From: Carcharhinus amblyrhynchos
Lineage: Eukaryota
DNA: 64,000 bases
Direction: 5' to 3'
Assembly (NCBI GenBank): GCA_965287045.1
Contig: OZ336895.1
Coordinates: 22,940,001 to 23,004,000, forward strand
Under the pieces are notes generated by a model. The model worked only from the letters and a program-made list of their open reading frames with translations. It was not told the origin of the DNA and searched no databases. Position 1 is the stretch's first letter. Every line of letters begins with the position of its first letter. Both the position numbers and the translations under genes were made by a program. Below are positions 41,551 through 55,559 of this stretch, in pieces.

Positions 41551-42114
41551 TAAATTCTGCAAGGGCAAATGCCTTAAGAGGGTAAAATTAACCCGTTTTG
41601 TTCTTAATCTTTGACAATTCCAAGTTTTGTTTCTAAATATTTATTTGTTTCTCTAAGTCTAAGTAAATATTTTACTTATTTTAGTTTGTCTGTAAGCTGC
41701 ACTTTCATATTCTCCTTGCCAAGGTAGTTCTAAATACAGTACTAATGCATGTTCAGTGCAGAGGTAACTACTGTTGGATAATTGCTAACTTGGAACATAC
41801 ATCAACTGCAAGGATGGCCTACTTAAAAAGGTACAATTACTGAATCTCGAGGATGAAGTCACCTGATTGTAACGGTTGTGAAATCACCGAAAGAGAAAAT
41901 GGGATTAGAAAATACTTGAATCATCTGACTGCTGTACACATGAGGCACTCAACACACACTGACTCTATGGTGGCAGTGCAAACTTAGAGCTCTAGCCATC
42001 TTAATGTCAAGACAGCTAATGTTTTGGAACCACACAGAATGTCAAAGGATTGGCTGTAAGTTTTTCCAAAATTTTTATTTTACTTGTAGGCTTTTAGAAA
42101 AACATGGTTCATAG

Positions 42115-42452
42115 TCATCATGTGGTGCAGTAGGTAGCATCCTTGTCTCTAAGCCAGAAGTTCTGGGCTCAAGTCCCACCTCAGGAATTGATGGCCAAGG
42201 AAGGTACGTTCATAACGTGGTCAAACAGGTTGAACATGTCAACTTGTAAATCCTTTCAAAGATGCCAATGGTTGGCAATAAGAACAGGAGAGAATTCTGG
42301 TCAGCCACAGTTTTTGTGGCGTGGTACCCCTCAAGCTACAAGCCCCCATGGTGACAGACTAGCGTTCTGTTCCAGGAATTACTAGCTACAGAAGAGATAA
42401 AAGTCTGTCTTAAGACACCACTCGATGTAAAAAGAGAATTGGAATTGGAATG
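42115..42452 (+). mobile_element. tRNA-derived SINE, second family (near full length)
   Basis: GTGGTGCAGTAGGTAGCA A box, GGCTCAAGTCCC B box, body shared with 27938; ends in (GAATTG)n. Confidence 0.7.
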
Positions 42453-44595
42453 ATTCATAGCAAGCCCTATATAGTTTTTAGTACCCTGCTTATTTACTTC
42501 CTACCTCTGTGTGTAGCACATGGAACAAAACATGCCAATAACAAGACTCACTATCTTGTTTTGAACAATTCATTGTAAACTCTGAATGACATCCCTTAGG
42601 ATCAAACTAATTGCTTTTTGTTTTCTCAAATCCAATCTATACACAAATACAAAAATAAGATTTCTGGTTTCGGGTTTTTATCTTTAATGTAGCCTCAAGA
42701 AACAGACTGCAAAATGTACTGGTCTTAATATGTTGGAACATGCAAGTTTTGGTACATTGACAGTATAATGAATTCTGTAGTCATCATAATTTGATCTAAT
42801 GCAATAAGAGCTCCGACCTGAAGATTCTATTGCAGTAAGAAAAAGAAGGTAGAATTGAGAAGTGATTAGCATAGAACAGTTTGTGGCAATTATTCATCTT
42901 GTACAAAGATCTCAGCAATGGTCCGTATGATCAGAATCTTGAAAATACTTAACATAAATGACTAATCCAAACTAGGCCTTACACAGATATGTATCTTTTA
43001 GTTAATTTACTCATCTTTTCATAAGTGAACTTGAAGGGCTGTGAAAACACTGTCGAAGGAAAGACTTGGTTTCATTTCAATAAAAGATGCTGAAGGCAGG
43101 ATGCTCATTACCAAAGTACCTAACACTTTAGCTCTGCTGCTGTTCTTGCACATTTGCAGGCTGCAAATGGTCACTAATCTTGAGCATGAAGCCAGAGGGC
43201 TGCAGAGAAAGGTGGTCCGAAATCTCTGATAAAACGCCAGCAAAGTTACACAATGACAACTAAAGCATATTGATATTGAACTGCTGTCAGTAGCAATGTG
43301 CTGAAGGGAAACTCCAGCAATATTATTAAAATATATTATTGATCGATTGTCATTTACTAGCCAACATTGCATGGCTGCTACATTGGTCCTGAAAGGAATA
43401 GAAACATGGCAGATTTCATTTCAAAGAAAAATATTTTCCAAATGTCACAGAAGTTGATGAAGTAAACTGAGCGATTCAACTCTTGCCCTGAATGTGTTGA
43501 AAGGGGTGAGAAAATTGATTTCCTGAGACACTGTGTAGGAGTAGAGACTCCTGCTTCATCTCGCTCAAATACGTCATTACTAATGAAATGACATGTTAAT
43601 CACACATCAAAAACCAGCCTCTTCCAGTATGAAGATTTAAAAATAGATCAATTCTCCATGTAGAATTTTCTTTATGCTGTTATCTACTCAAGGTAACATA
43701 ATTTAGTAATAACGTACATAAATACAACTTTTGGATTCATTATCAGGAGCTTCCCCAACTACAAATAATGATAGCTGATTGTGAGCTGATATGTTAAGCA
43801 GCTTCTCAAACAAAATGCTGCCCATTTCTTTTACTATAAAATCTTGTCATAATAAAATGATTTCAATATCTTCTCAATATTTACTGACCTTAAATTTTGC
43901 AGCTTGAGGAGTGAGCCCCAGCTTAGATGATCACATTCCTGCCTCCAAGTCAACAAGTAACACATTTGAGTCCAATTCCAGACCCAGCCTCCGTAACACC
44001 ACCACCACCAAATCTCTCGCTGAATGTCAGCCCATTGATTAGGGACCGAAGTTTTGGCCAGCAAGCAGAAGGCCAAAACTTCGGCCCCTAAACCATGGGC
44101 TAACATTTAGTGAGATAGTCACAGTAGGAATGGGGTGTTTGTATCCACAACACCCCCACCCACCGAGATCAGCTCCCCCGCCCAAGTCAGATTATGTATT
44201 ATTGTAATTAGAGAAATACCCCAGATCATGAACTGCTGGATGCGAAAGCATTGGAACCAATATTGTGTCCTCGTGCACACCCAGGAGAACATGCATTTCT
44301 ATCAGTTCCTGGACATTCCTCCCACCTTGAACAATCTCCATTTTATTTTTCCTTTTCCCCATTGCTATAAAAGAAAGCATTTGATCATCCCCCAACTTCA
44401 GTAATAATACCCTTGTCTTGCCAATTCAAATACCAGTTCCCTCACACCTCACCTAATGGAGTACAATTAAGAGTCCATAGCAGATATTTGAACTATTATT
44501 TTACATCACAAAATTTTTCCCACAGGAGGTAACAATTATTTGAAATGTTAGAAAATGAAGTTGTACAACATTTGTTATGGCTGAGATAAATGAAG

Positions 44596-44797
44596 TGGAG
44601 ATGCCAGCGCTGGACTGGGGTAAACACAGCAAGAAGTCTCACAACACCAGGTTAAAGTCCAACAGGTTTATGTGGTAGCAAACACCACTGGCTTTCGGGG
44701 CTTTGCCCCTTCGTGAAGGGGCAAAGCCCCGAAAGCTAATGGCGTTTGCTACCACATAAACCTGTTGGACTTTAACCTGGTGTTGTGAGACTTCTTA
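44596..44797. mobile_element. Miniature palindromic Penelope-derived element
   Basis: 15-bp TSD CTGAGATAAATGAAG (44581-44595, 44798-44812); ~86-bp inverted arms centred at 44713/44714; sequence matches the ends of the 35219-36743 element. Confidence 0.92.
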
Positions 44798-46497
44798 CTG
44801 AGATAAATGAAGCCAACTGTCTCGTAAAGAAATAAACTATCCGTTGCTATTGAATTACAAAACCCATTCGCCTCTATTGAGATCCAACAGCATTCAGCGT
44901 GTTTATTTCTTGTTACACTGTTGTCTCCTATCTATTCTATACGGGCCGCCAGACAATCCAAAAGCAAATACAGATAAATCATTGCACAAGATATGCTGAG
45001 AAAAAGCCTGTTATGAGCAAATGACCTGAAATGTGAACCATTCCTGAGTGAGACTTGCCAAGTTCAACTGACGCCACACCTCAAATTATAAATCCTTAAA
45101 GAACAATAGATAATATTTTATCTCTTACAGTGTGAAATCCCTTGTTTTTTTCCAACAGAGAGCAGTAAAATAATACTATGCTGGGAAGAACATCACAGGG
45201 ATATTACAATCTTTGCTGTTTTACGCAGTGATCCACCCAGAATTTGTGCACTGCATCCCAGAAATTGTGAACTGCATCCTCAAAGAAAGACCCTTTTTCA
45301 AGTCTTGGTATATATTTGTTCCCTCAGTATTGCTATAGAACATATAATGGATTAGCAGTTTGATACCAACTAGTGTGATAGTTGGGGTAGTCCAGAAACG
45401 TATGTAAACAAGAAGATGTCGTTTCCAACTCAGATCAGAATGGAAAGTCACCTCGTAGAGTAAATGGGTCTTTTGATAAGCTCAGATGTGAACAAAATGG
45501 ATATTGTCTCTTTAACCTCGAAATTTGAAATGTACTTCACTGGCAGAACTGAGAAGCTCTTATTTGCATCCAGTTAGTGCAGTCCCGCTGGAATCAAGGA
45601 GGCTGATTGCACAGGAACATGAAGTTCCAGGAGAGCAAATGTCCACTAAAATAACTTACACATTAAAAAAGATCAAATTTTACATTTCAATGTGAGATAA
45701 AAGTATTAAAATTTCCACTCTGGAAATTGTTGCTGTCAACATTAGTAGCTGAATTTTAATACACCCAGGTTCAGTATTTTAATGTAAACATGGAGTGGTC
45801 TATTTTAAATGGGTTAATACTTCAGTTAAAATAGCTGTCAAAGAAATGTTATTCTGTGCTTCATATTTTAGTTTGTTAATATCAGTAACACTAATTTTTC
45901 TTTAATTGTGTAGTACAAATGGTCACAGGAAATATTTGTAATTTAGCAGACAGTTTTTGACAAGATTTGACAAGAGCATCTGGTTTAACAACTACATAAT
46001 TCTGTGAGTTATGAAAATCTGTTCAATAATGCTTTTCATTAGTTCTTATAATCTCATTTGTTAGTCAGAATAAAAAATATACTCAGCAAGTTTTGGCAGA
46101 TTAAAGATACATTTCAGGGGTTGGATTAAAATAGTTTTAAATAGCTGACCTGTAAAATCAAAACTTTAGCACCAAAAAGAATATTTCATTATAATAATGA
46201 AGTATTCTCCATCAGTTCCTTGACACATTCAGATAATGTATTTCCATGTGAATGTCGCTTGCTACAATTCAACAATGGGACCTTGTCAATGGACCTTGCC
46301 CATTATTCATCTAAGTGTTTTGCAGTCGCACAAGTCCAGTGCAGTATACTGTACATAATCATTTATTCAGATCACCGTTTCAAATAAAGCAGAAAACTTT
46401 GATATAAAGAAACTTTGCAAGCTATTCGTAGTGACATTAGGCTAATATGATGTAAAAAAAGGCACAAGTTAAACAATGAAAGCTAATCATGATGTCA

Positions 46498-47055
<558 letters not shown>

Positions 47056-47749
47056 TCAGATACAATCATTAGTAAATGTTGACATGCTTCTTACACCTTA
47101 TACTTGAGATCATGATAATACATAAGATTTAAAGAGGATTTTTGAATAATTCTCCCAAATACCTGTCAGTAATTACAGAATTCTATAGAATCATAGAATA
47201 AAATCATAGCATAATAATTGTAATGGGTTGGTACAAATACTACAAACATGTTGTCATGGAAATATAGTTCTTAAACTTTAAGTGAAAGATTTTCTCACCC
47301 CCTCTTTTGCAACACTTCCAATGTTAGGATCTCTTGTTTTCCTATTAAACAGATCTTTAACAACTTTATATCTGAATGTAGAAGCAATATGCAGAATGAA
47401 CTTTAATCAGCTTTCCTCAGCTTTGATCTTCTCAGAACCAGAAATTTTCATTAAACAGAGATCTGTGATCATTTCCCTATGTTCGGCTTCTGTCACTTTT
47501 CAAAATTTCTGATGAGCAGAGCAGATAAACTACATTCTTGGAAATAACTTCCTCGCTAATGTAACTGCTGGCCATCTGGTCATCTTCTGACAAACAACTC
47601 CATTTAGCAAAGAACATGCTTGTTACTGTCTGGTCTCTTAAGGATGCAGCACACAAGTGCAGATTTAAAGACACACACATCATTAAATGTATAGTATGGT
47701 TGTATTTCATAATAGTTTAAGAGAGTTACCTATTTGGAGTGATTCAAAT

Positions 47750-47937
47750 TTTTGATTTGATTTGATTTATTATTGTCACTTGTATTAACATACAGTGAAA
47801 AGTACTGTTTCTCGCACGCTATACAGACAAAACATACCTTTCATAGAGAAGGAAACGAGAGAGTGCAGAATGTAGTGTTACTATCATAGCTAAGGTGTAG
47901 ACAAAGATCAACTTAATGCAAGGTAAGTCCATTCAAA
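47750..47937 (-). mobile_element. LINE 3' terminus (Rex/Babar-like; clade tentative)
   Basis: rc ends TACTTTTCACTGTATGTTAATACAAGTGACAATAATAAATCAAATCAAATCAAA. Confidence 0.65.
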
Positions 47938-48049
47938 ATATACTGCCACTCTTCTGTTTCATTGTAAGGCAGGTGGGGTTCAGTGCACACAAGCTTACCT
48001 TAGTGCCACGCAGTCTTTTGGTTTTATTGAACAGTTACTTGGACATCTA

Positions 48050-48732
48050 GCGTGAAATACAATATTGGTAATGGGGTTGTTACATACCAGCTAAAGATCC
48101 AGTGAGAACCTCAAGTCGTCTCTTTTCACATAGGCCTGCCACATTAACTACCAATCTGGGCAGCAACTGGTCTTCTTCAGGATTGAGGGGCAGAGGTCCT
48201 GCTCACCAACAGCTGTGAGTCAATTAGGAGTTCGCAGTTCTTCACTGTTCAACAGCACCACTGGGGAGATGGTGGCTGCTGCCAGCAATGCACCCACCCA
48301 AGGTCCAGGATAGCCAAGGTACCCCAGGCAACGGTGATGGGATGGTGTCAGCAGCAAGGACATCAGGCTGGCACTCAGCAGGCGTCACCACCCCTTTCCG
48401 ATGCTGAGTCCCTCAATCAAATACTGAGTGCTTTTGTAAAAGGACTACCCACAGAAATCTGCAAGCAACTGCAAAAGGATTTGTTTTTTAGGCTTCCCGC
48501 ACAGTGAGTTTCCTGGTTGCCATTGGGTAAATACCGGTGATGGCATTAATTAGCCATTTCAGGACCTCAATTGGCAGTGGGCCAGGAAGGCTGCCCATGA
48601 ATCTCCCCAACCCAGATTTAATTGAGGCAGAGGTATGAAGGGTGCATGGTCCCTACCCACTCACCCTCCCGCACATGAATGAGTCTCCCTGCCACAAATA
48701 TTGCCATGAGGAAGGTCATCAAATTTGATGCC
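48050..48732. mobile_element. Degenerate non-autonomous DNA element
   Basis: GC-richer island with TTAATT/CAATTGG motifs shared with 18592-19231. Confidence 0.35.
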
Positions 48733-49399
48733 ACAGTTCTTTACAGATGATAAAAAATTTAAAACTGAAATTTAACACATTTGTTCTGTCACTGAAAAGC
48801 CAAAGGTGCCACCTCAACCCTTATCAAAACCACACCTTAAATGTCCAGCAACATCACTTCTCAGTTAAAGTACAGTACTTCTGCTGAGGTTAGGTGAAAA
48901 TACACCCAATCATTTCAAAATCTTGCAAAAAAAACCCAGATAACAGAATTTACCTAAACCAGTAGCCTGTTAAAATGACCCAGTTTTATTTTAGCTTTTG
49001 ATGGAATAAGTGTCTGATTTCCATCAGTGTTTTTTGAATAAAAATACACAAGACAAGAAAATTTTTATTCTGTCACAACTCATCAGTTTGCACTGTGATA
49101 ACAATCCTTTTAACATTTTGAGAATTTTATCTTTTGAGTTTAAGTTTGGGGAATGCTGTAAAGTAAGAACAATCTTTTACTCATATTGAACAAAAAAAAA
49201 CAGAAGTTCGTAACAGATTATGTACATTTTTCCATGATTTACAGTTACAAATCACCATTTATATAGAGAACAGTGAAGATATAGTCCTATTGATTACCCA
49301 GTCATAACATTTTAAGTAATTGACATCCATGATGGCTACATGTGGTTTTCTTTTTATTTCTTTATGAGAATCATTTGCTCTTTTGTGGCATGCAACTAA

Positions 49400-49754
49400 A
49401 ACCCACCTTTATATAGTACTTTTAATGTCACAAAATGTCCCAAAACCCTTTACCAGATTGTAATCAAGCAAAAACTGATTCTAACCTAAACCAAAGGAGA
49501 TATTTGAACAGGTGAAAAATACTTTGTCAAAGAGATAGGTTTTAAAGGGGGAGTGAAAGGTAGAAAGACGGAATGGCTTCAGATGTGAACTGAAGAGGTC
49601 AAGGCATGGCCAACAACAGCAGGTGAACAGAGTAGAGTTGCAAAATGGTCCAGAATTGGAGGAACACAGAGATCTTGGGGAACTGTACCACTGGATGATG
49701 TTACAAAGAATAGGGAGGGGCAAGACCATGCCAAGAAGATGAAGCAGACATTTC
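49400..49754 (-). mobile_element. L2 3' remnant
   Basis: Minus ORF ...FKTYLFDK...; terminus ...CTATATAAAGG; related to 36950-37748. Confidence 0.55.
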
Positions 49755-49760
49755 AACAAT

Positions 49761-52174
49761 TCCCAAATATTGACTGGAATCTCCCTAGGGTAAGAGGTTT
49801 AGATAGGGAGGAGTTTGTTAGGTGTGTTCAGGAGGGTTTCTTGACACAGTATGTGGATAAACCTACAAGAGGAGAGACTGTACTTGATTTGGTATTGGGA
49901 AATGAACCTGGTCAGGTGTCAGATCTCTCAGTGGGAGAGCATTTTGGAGATAGTGATCATAATTCTATCTCCTTTACAATAACATTGGAGAGAGATAAGA
50001 TCAGACAAGTTAGAAAAGTGTTTAATTGGAGTAAGGGAAATTATGAGGCTATCAGGCAGGAAATTGAAGGCTTAAATTGGAAAGAGGTTTTCTCAGGGAA
50101 ATGTACAGAAGAAATGTGGCAAATTTTCAGGGAATATTTGTCTGGAGTTCTGCATAGCAACATTCCAATGAGACAGAGAAGTTATGGTAGGTTACAGGAA
50201 CTGTGGTGTACAAAGGCTGTAATAAATCAGGTCAAAAAGAAAAGAAAAGATTACAAAAGGTTCAGAGAGCTAAGTAATATTAGAGATCTAGAAGAGTATA
50301 TGGCTAATAGGAAGGATCTTAAGAAGGAAATTAGGAGAGCCAGAAGGGATCATGAGAAGGCCTTGGTTGGATTAAGGAAAACCCAAGGCATTCTACAAGT
50401 ATGTGAAGAGCAAGAGGATAAGATGTGAAAGAATAGGACCTATCAAGTGTGACAGTGGGAAAGTTTTTATGGGACCAAAAGAAATAGCAGAGGTGCTTTA
50501 CTTCAGTATTCACTATGAAAAAGGATCTTGGTGGTCGTAATGCAGACTTGCAGCAGACTGAAAAGCTTGAGCATGTAGATATGAAGAAAGAGGATGTGTT
50601 GGAGCTTTTGAAAGGCATCAAGTTAGATAAGTCGCCAGGACTGGATGGGATGTACCCCAAGCTACTGTGGGAGGCGAGGGAGGAGATTGCTGAGCTCTGG
50701 TGATGATCTTTGCATCACCAATGGAGACGGGAGAGGTTCCAGAGGATTGGAGAATTGCGGATGTTGTTCCTTTATTCAAGAAAGGGAGTAGAGATAGCCC
50801 TGGAAATTATAGATCAGTGAGTGTGACCTCAGTGGTTGGTAAGTTGATGGAGAAGAACCTGACAGGCAAGATTTCTGAACATTTGGAGAGGTATGACATG
50901 ATTAAGAATAGCCAGCATGGTTTTGTCAAAGGCAGATCATGCCTTATGAGCCTGATTGAATTTTTTGAGATATGACTAAACACACTGATGAAGGAAGAGC
51001 AGTAGATGTAGTATATATGGACTTCAGCAAGGCATTTGATAAGGTGCCCCATGCAAGGCTTATTGAGAAAGTGAGGGGGCATGGGATCCAAGGGGACATT
51101 GCTTTGTGGATCCAGAACGGCTTGCCCACAGAAGGCAAAGAATGGCTATAAATGGGTCATATTCTGCATGGAGGTCGGTCACCACTGGAGTGCCCCAGGG
51201 ATCTGTTCTGAGACCCTTACTCTTTGTGATTTTTATAAATGACCTGGATGAGGAAGTGGAAGAATGGGTTGGTAAGTTTGCTGATGACACAAAGGTTGAA
51301 GGTGTTGTGGATAGTGTGAAGGGATGTCAGAAGTTGCAGCGAGACATTGATAGAATGCAAGATTGGGCGGAGAAGTGGCAGACGAAGTTCAACCCAGATA
51401 AATGTGAAGTGGTTCATTTTGGCAAGTCAAATCGGATGGCAGAATACAATATTAATGGTAGGGCTCTTGGTAGTGTGGAAGATCAGAAGGATCTTGGAGT
51501 CCGAGTTCTTATGACACTCAAAGCAGTTGCACAGGTTGAAGCTGTGGTTAAGAAGGCGTATGGTGTACTGGCCTTCATCAATTAAGGAATTGAGTTTAGG
51601 AGCCGAGAGATAATGTTGCAGCTATATAGGACCCTGGTCAGATTCCACTTGGAGTACTGTGCTCAGTTCTGTTTGCCTCATTACAGGAAGGATATGGAAG
51701 CCATAGAAAGGGTGCAGAGGAGATTTAGAAGGATGTTGCCTGGATTGGGGAGCATGCCTTATGAGACTAGGTTGAGGGAGCTCGGCCTTTTCTCCTTGGA
51801 GAGACGAAGGATGAGGGGTGACCTGATAGAGGTGTATAAGATGTTGAAAAGTATTGATCGAGTGGATAGTCAGAGGCTTTTTCCCAGGGCTGAAATGGTT
51901 GCCACAAGAGGACACATGTTTAAGGTGCTGGGGAATAGGTACAGAGGGGATGTCAGGGATAAGTTTTTCACTCAGCACGTGGTGGGTGCGTAGAATGGGC
52001 TGCCAGCAACAGTGGTGGAGATGGATTTGATAGGGTCTTTTAAGAGACTTTTAGGTAAGTACATGGAACTTAGTAAGATAGAGGATTACAGATAAGCCTG
52101 GTAATCTCTAAGATAGGGACATGTTCGGCACAACTTTGTGTGTATTGTGCTGTAGTTTTTCTATGTTTCTATGT
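49761..52174 (+). mobile_element. 5'-truncated CR1/HER1 LINE, 2.4 kb (EN C-terminus + RT), disabled
   Basis: FPNIDW, LDLVL, GDSDHN, KSPGLDG, NYR-VS, QHGF, DFSKAFDKVPH, GVPQGSVL, FADDTK, LEYC, RGDLIEVYK; frameshifts and stops; (TTCTATGT)2 tail; 6-bp TSD AACAAT (49755-49760, 52175-52180). Confidence 0.97.
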
Positions 52175-52249
52175 AACAATGTACTGAGAACTTTAGCCAA
52201 TCCAGACCAGACAAGCATCAAAAATGCTAATGGATCTTCATCATCCATG

Positions 52250-52370
52250 AAAAAACGACTTGCATTTTTATAATGCTTTTTACAACCACCAGATATCTCA
52301 ACCTGCTTTACAGTCAGTGAAGTACTTTTTGAAATACAGGTACAAATGCTTTTGAAATGCAGGAAACATG
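52250..52370 (-). mobile_element. SacSINE1/DeuSINE-like 3' end
   Basis: rc ...TTCAAAAAGTACTTCACTGACTGTAAAGC...TATAAAAATGCAAGTC. Confidence 0.6.
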
Positions 52371-54939
52371 GGTTTTAACTTTTTGATGTACTGAAATTTG
52401 AAAAGTGTTTTGGTCAATTTTCAAACTCTAACCATACTTGTTGGTGGTACACTTGAACAGATTAGGTAAAATCCTGGATTAACAAACTAAGTTTGAAATA
52501 CATGTTCCAAATTGGACTATCAAATTTTGTGAACAACAATGGCCAGATTAACAAATGACTATCATCATCTCTGGAAGCTAGGTTCAATACCAATATAAAA
52601 TAGGAGCAATATATTCTCTAAGGCAGGTCTTGAAATTTCTTGTATTAATAGATTTAGTGTAGGCTTTTGCCAAATAATTAAAATGATTTAATCAAAGCCA
52701 TGGTTATATTTAAAGTACAGTTATAGTGTTTCCTTAATGCCAACACCCAAGTATCTTTAATGACATGAATGTGGCAGTATAATTGAGCTGGATTGGCAGC
52801 CTGGATCTAGTTCCCCTGAAACACGAGGTGCAAACCATCTTAGATAAATAGTTCACCTCACACTGCCAATACTATGGCCCAAACAAATCTGGATTTTAAA
52901 AAGCAACCAAGGTGGGATTTTATAAACATATTTTCAATCTTTTGACACTATAAGAAAACGGATGCTTCGGCCCATTCTCTCCTGATATTAAAAATAAGCA
53001 CTCCAAGGAGCTGTACTTCTATCCAAGTCAACGTGCACAAAGCTTCATTGTTGTTGAGTTCATAACACAAAGGACGGGCAACAAAACCTATCCTGGGTCT
53101 GCTGCCTTGACAGTTGCATAGCCACAACTCCAATCAGCAGCAATATTATAACCTTGACCTAAATAATTACAAAAATGCTGCTGCTGCTTCTAGCTTAACT
53201 CTTTCTAATGTGAACCAGCCAAAATTCCGGAGTGGAATTTCCCAGATATTCAGTGCCACACACAGGAATTGAATACTCAGAGGGGCTGATGCTTAGACAA
53301 GTTCAGCTCCTGGGGCAGCTTGATTTCAAAATTCCAAGGCAATTCCAGCATGTTTAGCTCACATGAACCATGCCAACACAAATGTGATATCTACCGTAGT
53401 GTGAAACTCTACTGTGCCCTTTTTTGTGCATTAATGTAATTGTCCATTTAAAGTATGAAATATACATTTAGCACCTTGCAAAGTAACACACTGGTTACAA
53501 GCCAATTAGCCTCCGCACATGTGGATTCCATCCTGCAGCTAGTATGAATTAACTGTTTCCTGTCTCATAAATGAAGACCAAAAATATACAGCTGTATCCG
53601 TTCTATAAGAATTGTGTATTCTATGGAATACTTACAGATTATCAAGTCTAATGGACATTCAGTCGATATGATGTTGAATAAATGCAAGGTCAAAACAGGG
53701 ATTATTTTTGATTGATTAACAGATCCTGAAAGTCTTATGGCTGTTTTTTCCTTAATGCAATCAGTTTGGTGGAAGTAAAATGTTGGTGGGTCTTTGCATT
53801 TTAAATATATAGGTTCAGGCTACTTCAAATTACAACAATGGGGATGTGATCTTTCCCTTTTGATTCAGATTACTCCCATTAGGATGCTGACAATTACAGG
53901 GAGCACATTTCTACCAGCGTGTGGGGAAATTGCCAGCTCACACCAACTCCTTCAAACCTCTTCAGGAGAGCTTGAAATTCAATACTGATAAACAAGAGCG
54001 GCCATTAATCACAGTTACTGCCCAGTTAGTGCAATTATTTTTGCTATTAATAGGACACTTAGCAAGTGTTTCCAAACTAAACTAGTTACAGTTAAATGTA
54101 CTAATGATGGGATGATTATCAAATAGAACTAATAGAAGTAGAATGTGTCCTCCATAAGACTTTCATTTCTCTTCAGTAGAACCATGTGTTATGGATCAGG
54201 AGTATACAGTATGTAAATAAATGTACATTCTTACATACATATCTTGTTGAACAGCACTGAGGTCTCTTTACAGTGTAGCCACAATAATCACCACAGTGTG
54301 GGTGGAGCTTTAGTACATAAAACAGCATTGTCAACTTGTAATCTGCTGATTTGAGCTCTTCCCACAGAACAGCAACCATAGTCAAAGATAATGTTTCTCA
54401 GCATTCCTGGTGTCATTCTTTTGTTTAAATTAGATGGCAAGTTTCCCAACCCCAAAAGTCTAACACTGTCCTAAAGTTCACCCGGGACTTAATTGTTTTC
54501 ATGCACCATCATGGCCAGTTACAGAGACAAACCAACAGCCATGCTGTCATAATGAGTTTGTACAGATCTCACTAAAAATAGCATCCGAGACAACAGAAAA
54601 AAACAAAGTCATTTAGGCAACAGAAAGATCCAGTGCTGTATTCAGACTCTACACAAAACATCTGAGCTAATTTTAATTTTACTAGATTCATAGGCTTGTA
54701 CAAGAATTGTGCAGGCAGACAACATAATTCCAGCCACGTGCACTCCAATAACAGACTAAAAAACAAACTCAGAACTCAGTATCTTAATGAATCATTTGGT
54801 CAACTATAAATATATCTTTGGGTGCAACACTGTGGATCATTTATTCTAAAACATTCTTTGGTACTGCACAGAACACAATAGCTAAAAACAGAATCAAAGC
54901 AGTGTTAATATTTTCATATGCTACTCCACATGTAAAATC

Positions 54940-55275
54940 CTTAAAGTGGCTTTGCAGAGTAAATGTTGCAAGGATGTTTCCATGGGTGAGGAGCCCAGAA
55001 CCAGGAGTTATAGTTTCAACCATTTAGCATCCAGATGAGGAGCAATTTCTTCACTCAAAGTTTTGTGAATCTTTGGCATTATCTATCCCAGACAGCTGTG
55101 GACGTTCAAATATTCAAGGCAAGAGATCGATAGGTGTTTGGATACTAAGGTAGTCAGTGGGATATTGGGATAGTGTGGGAAGGGATAGTGTGGCAAGGTG
55201 GAGCTGGGGTGGGTCAGCAACGGTCTTATTAAATGGCAGAGTTGGCGCAAAGGAAATTGCCTATTCCTGCTTTTA
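54940..55275 (+). mobile_element. CR1 3' fragment
   Basis: RVNVARMFP..., GATGAGGAGCAATTTCTTCACTCA, 3'UTR GCCTATTCCTGCT. Confidence 0.7.
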
Positions 55276-55559
55276 GTTTTACCAAATAAATGCTGCAATT
55301 TGTGTTCATGGATGAAAAATGGGTTTTCTGTATGAATTTAAAAATGTCAGCAGAAGATAAATGGGGAATAAACATCCCGTTGTGGTGATACCATTTTTGT
55401 GTCCACATAGACAGAAAGTACGCAATTACTACTTGACTAGTCATCCATAGCTGCCATTCAACCTCATAGGGCCAATCTAATCAGACGGGAGTAATCTGCT
55501 TGCAAAGCCAATCAAAGCTTGCATTAATATGGTGCATCAAAAGTTAAAAACAAAATCCC

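Noticed and set aside
49739-51993. Several 60-229 aa ORFs as host genes or an active LINE
   Set aside because: They are fragments of one frameshifted, 5'-truncated CR1 ORF2.
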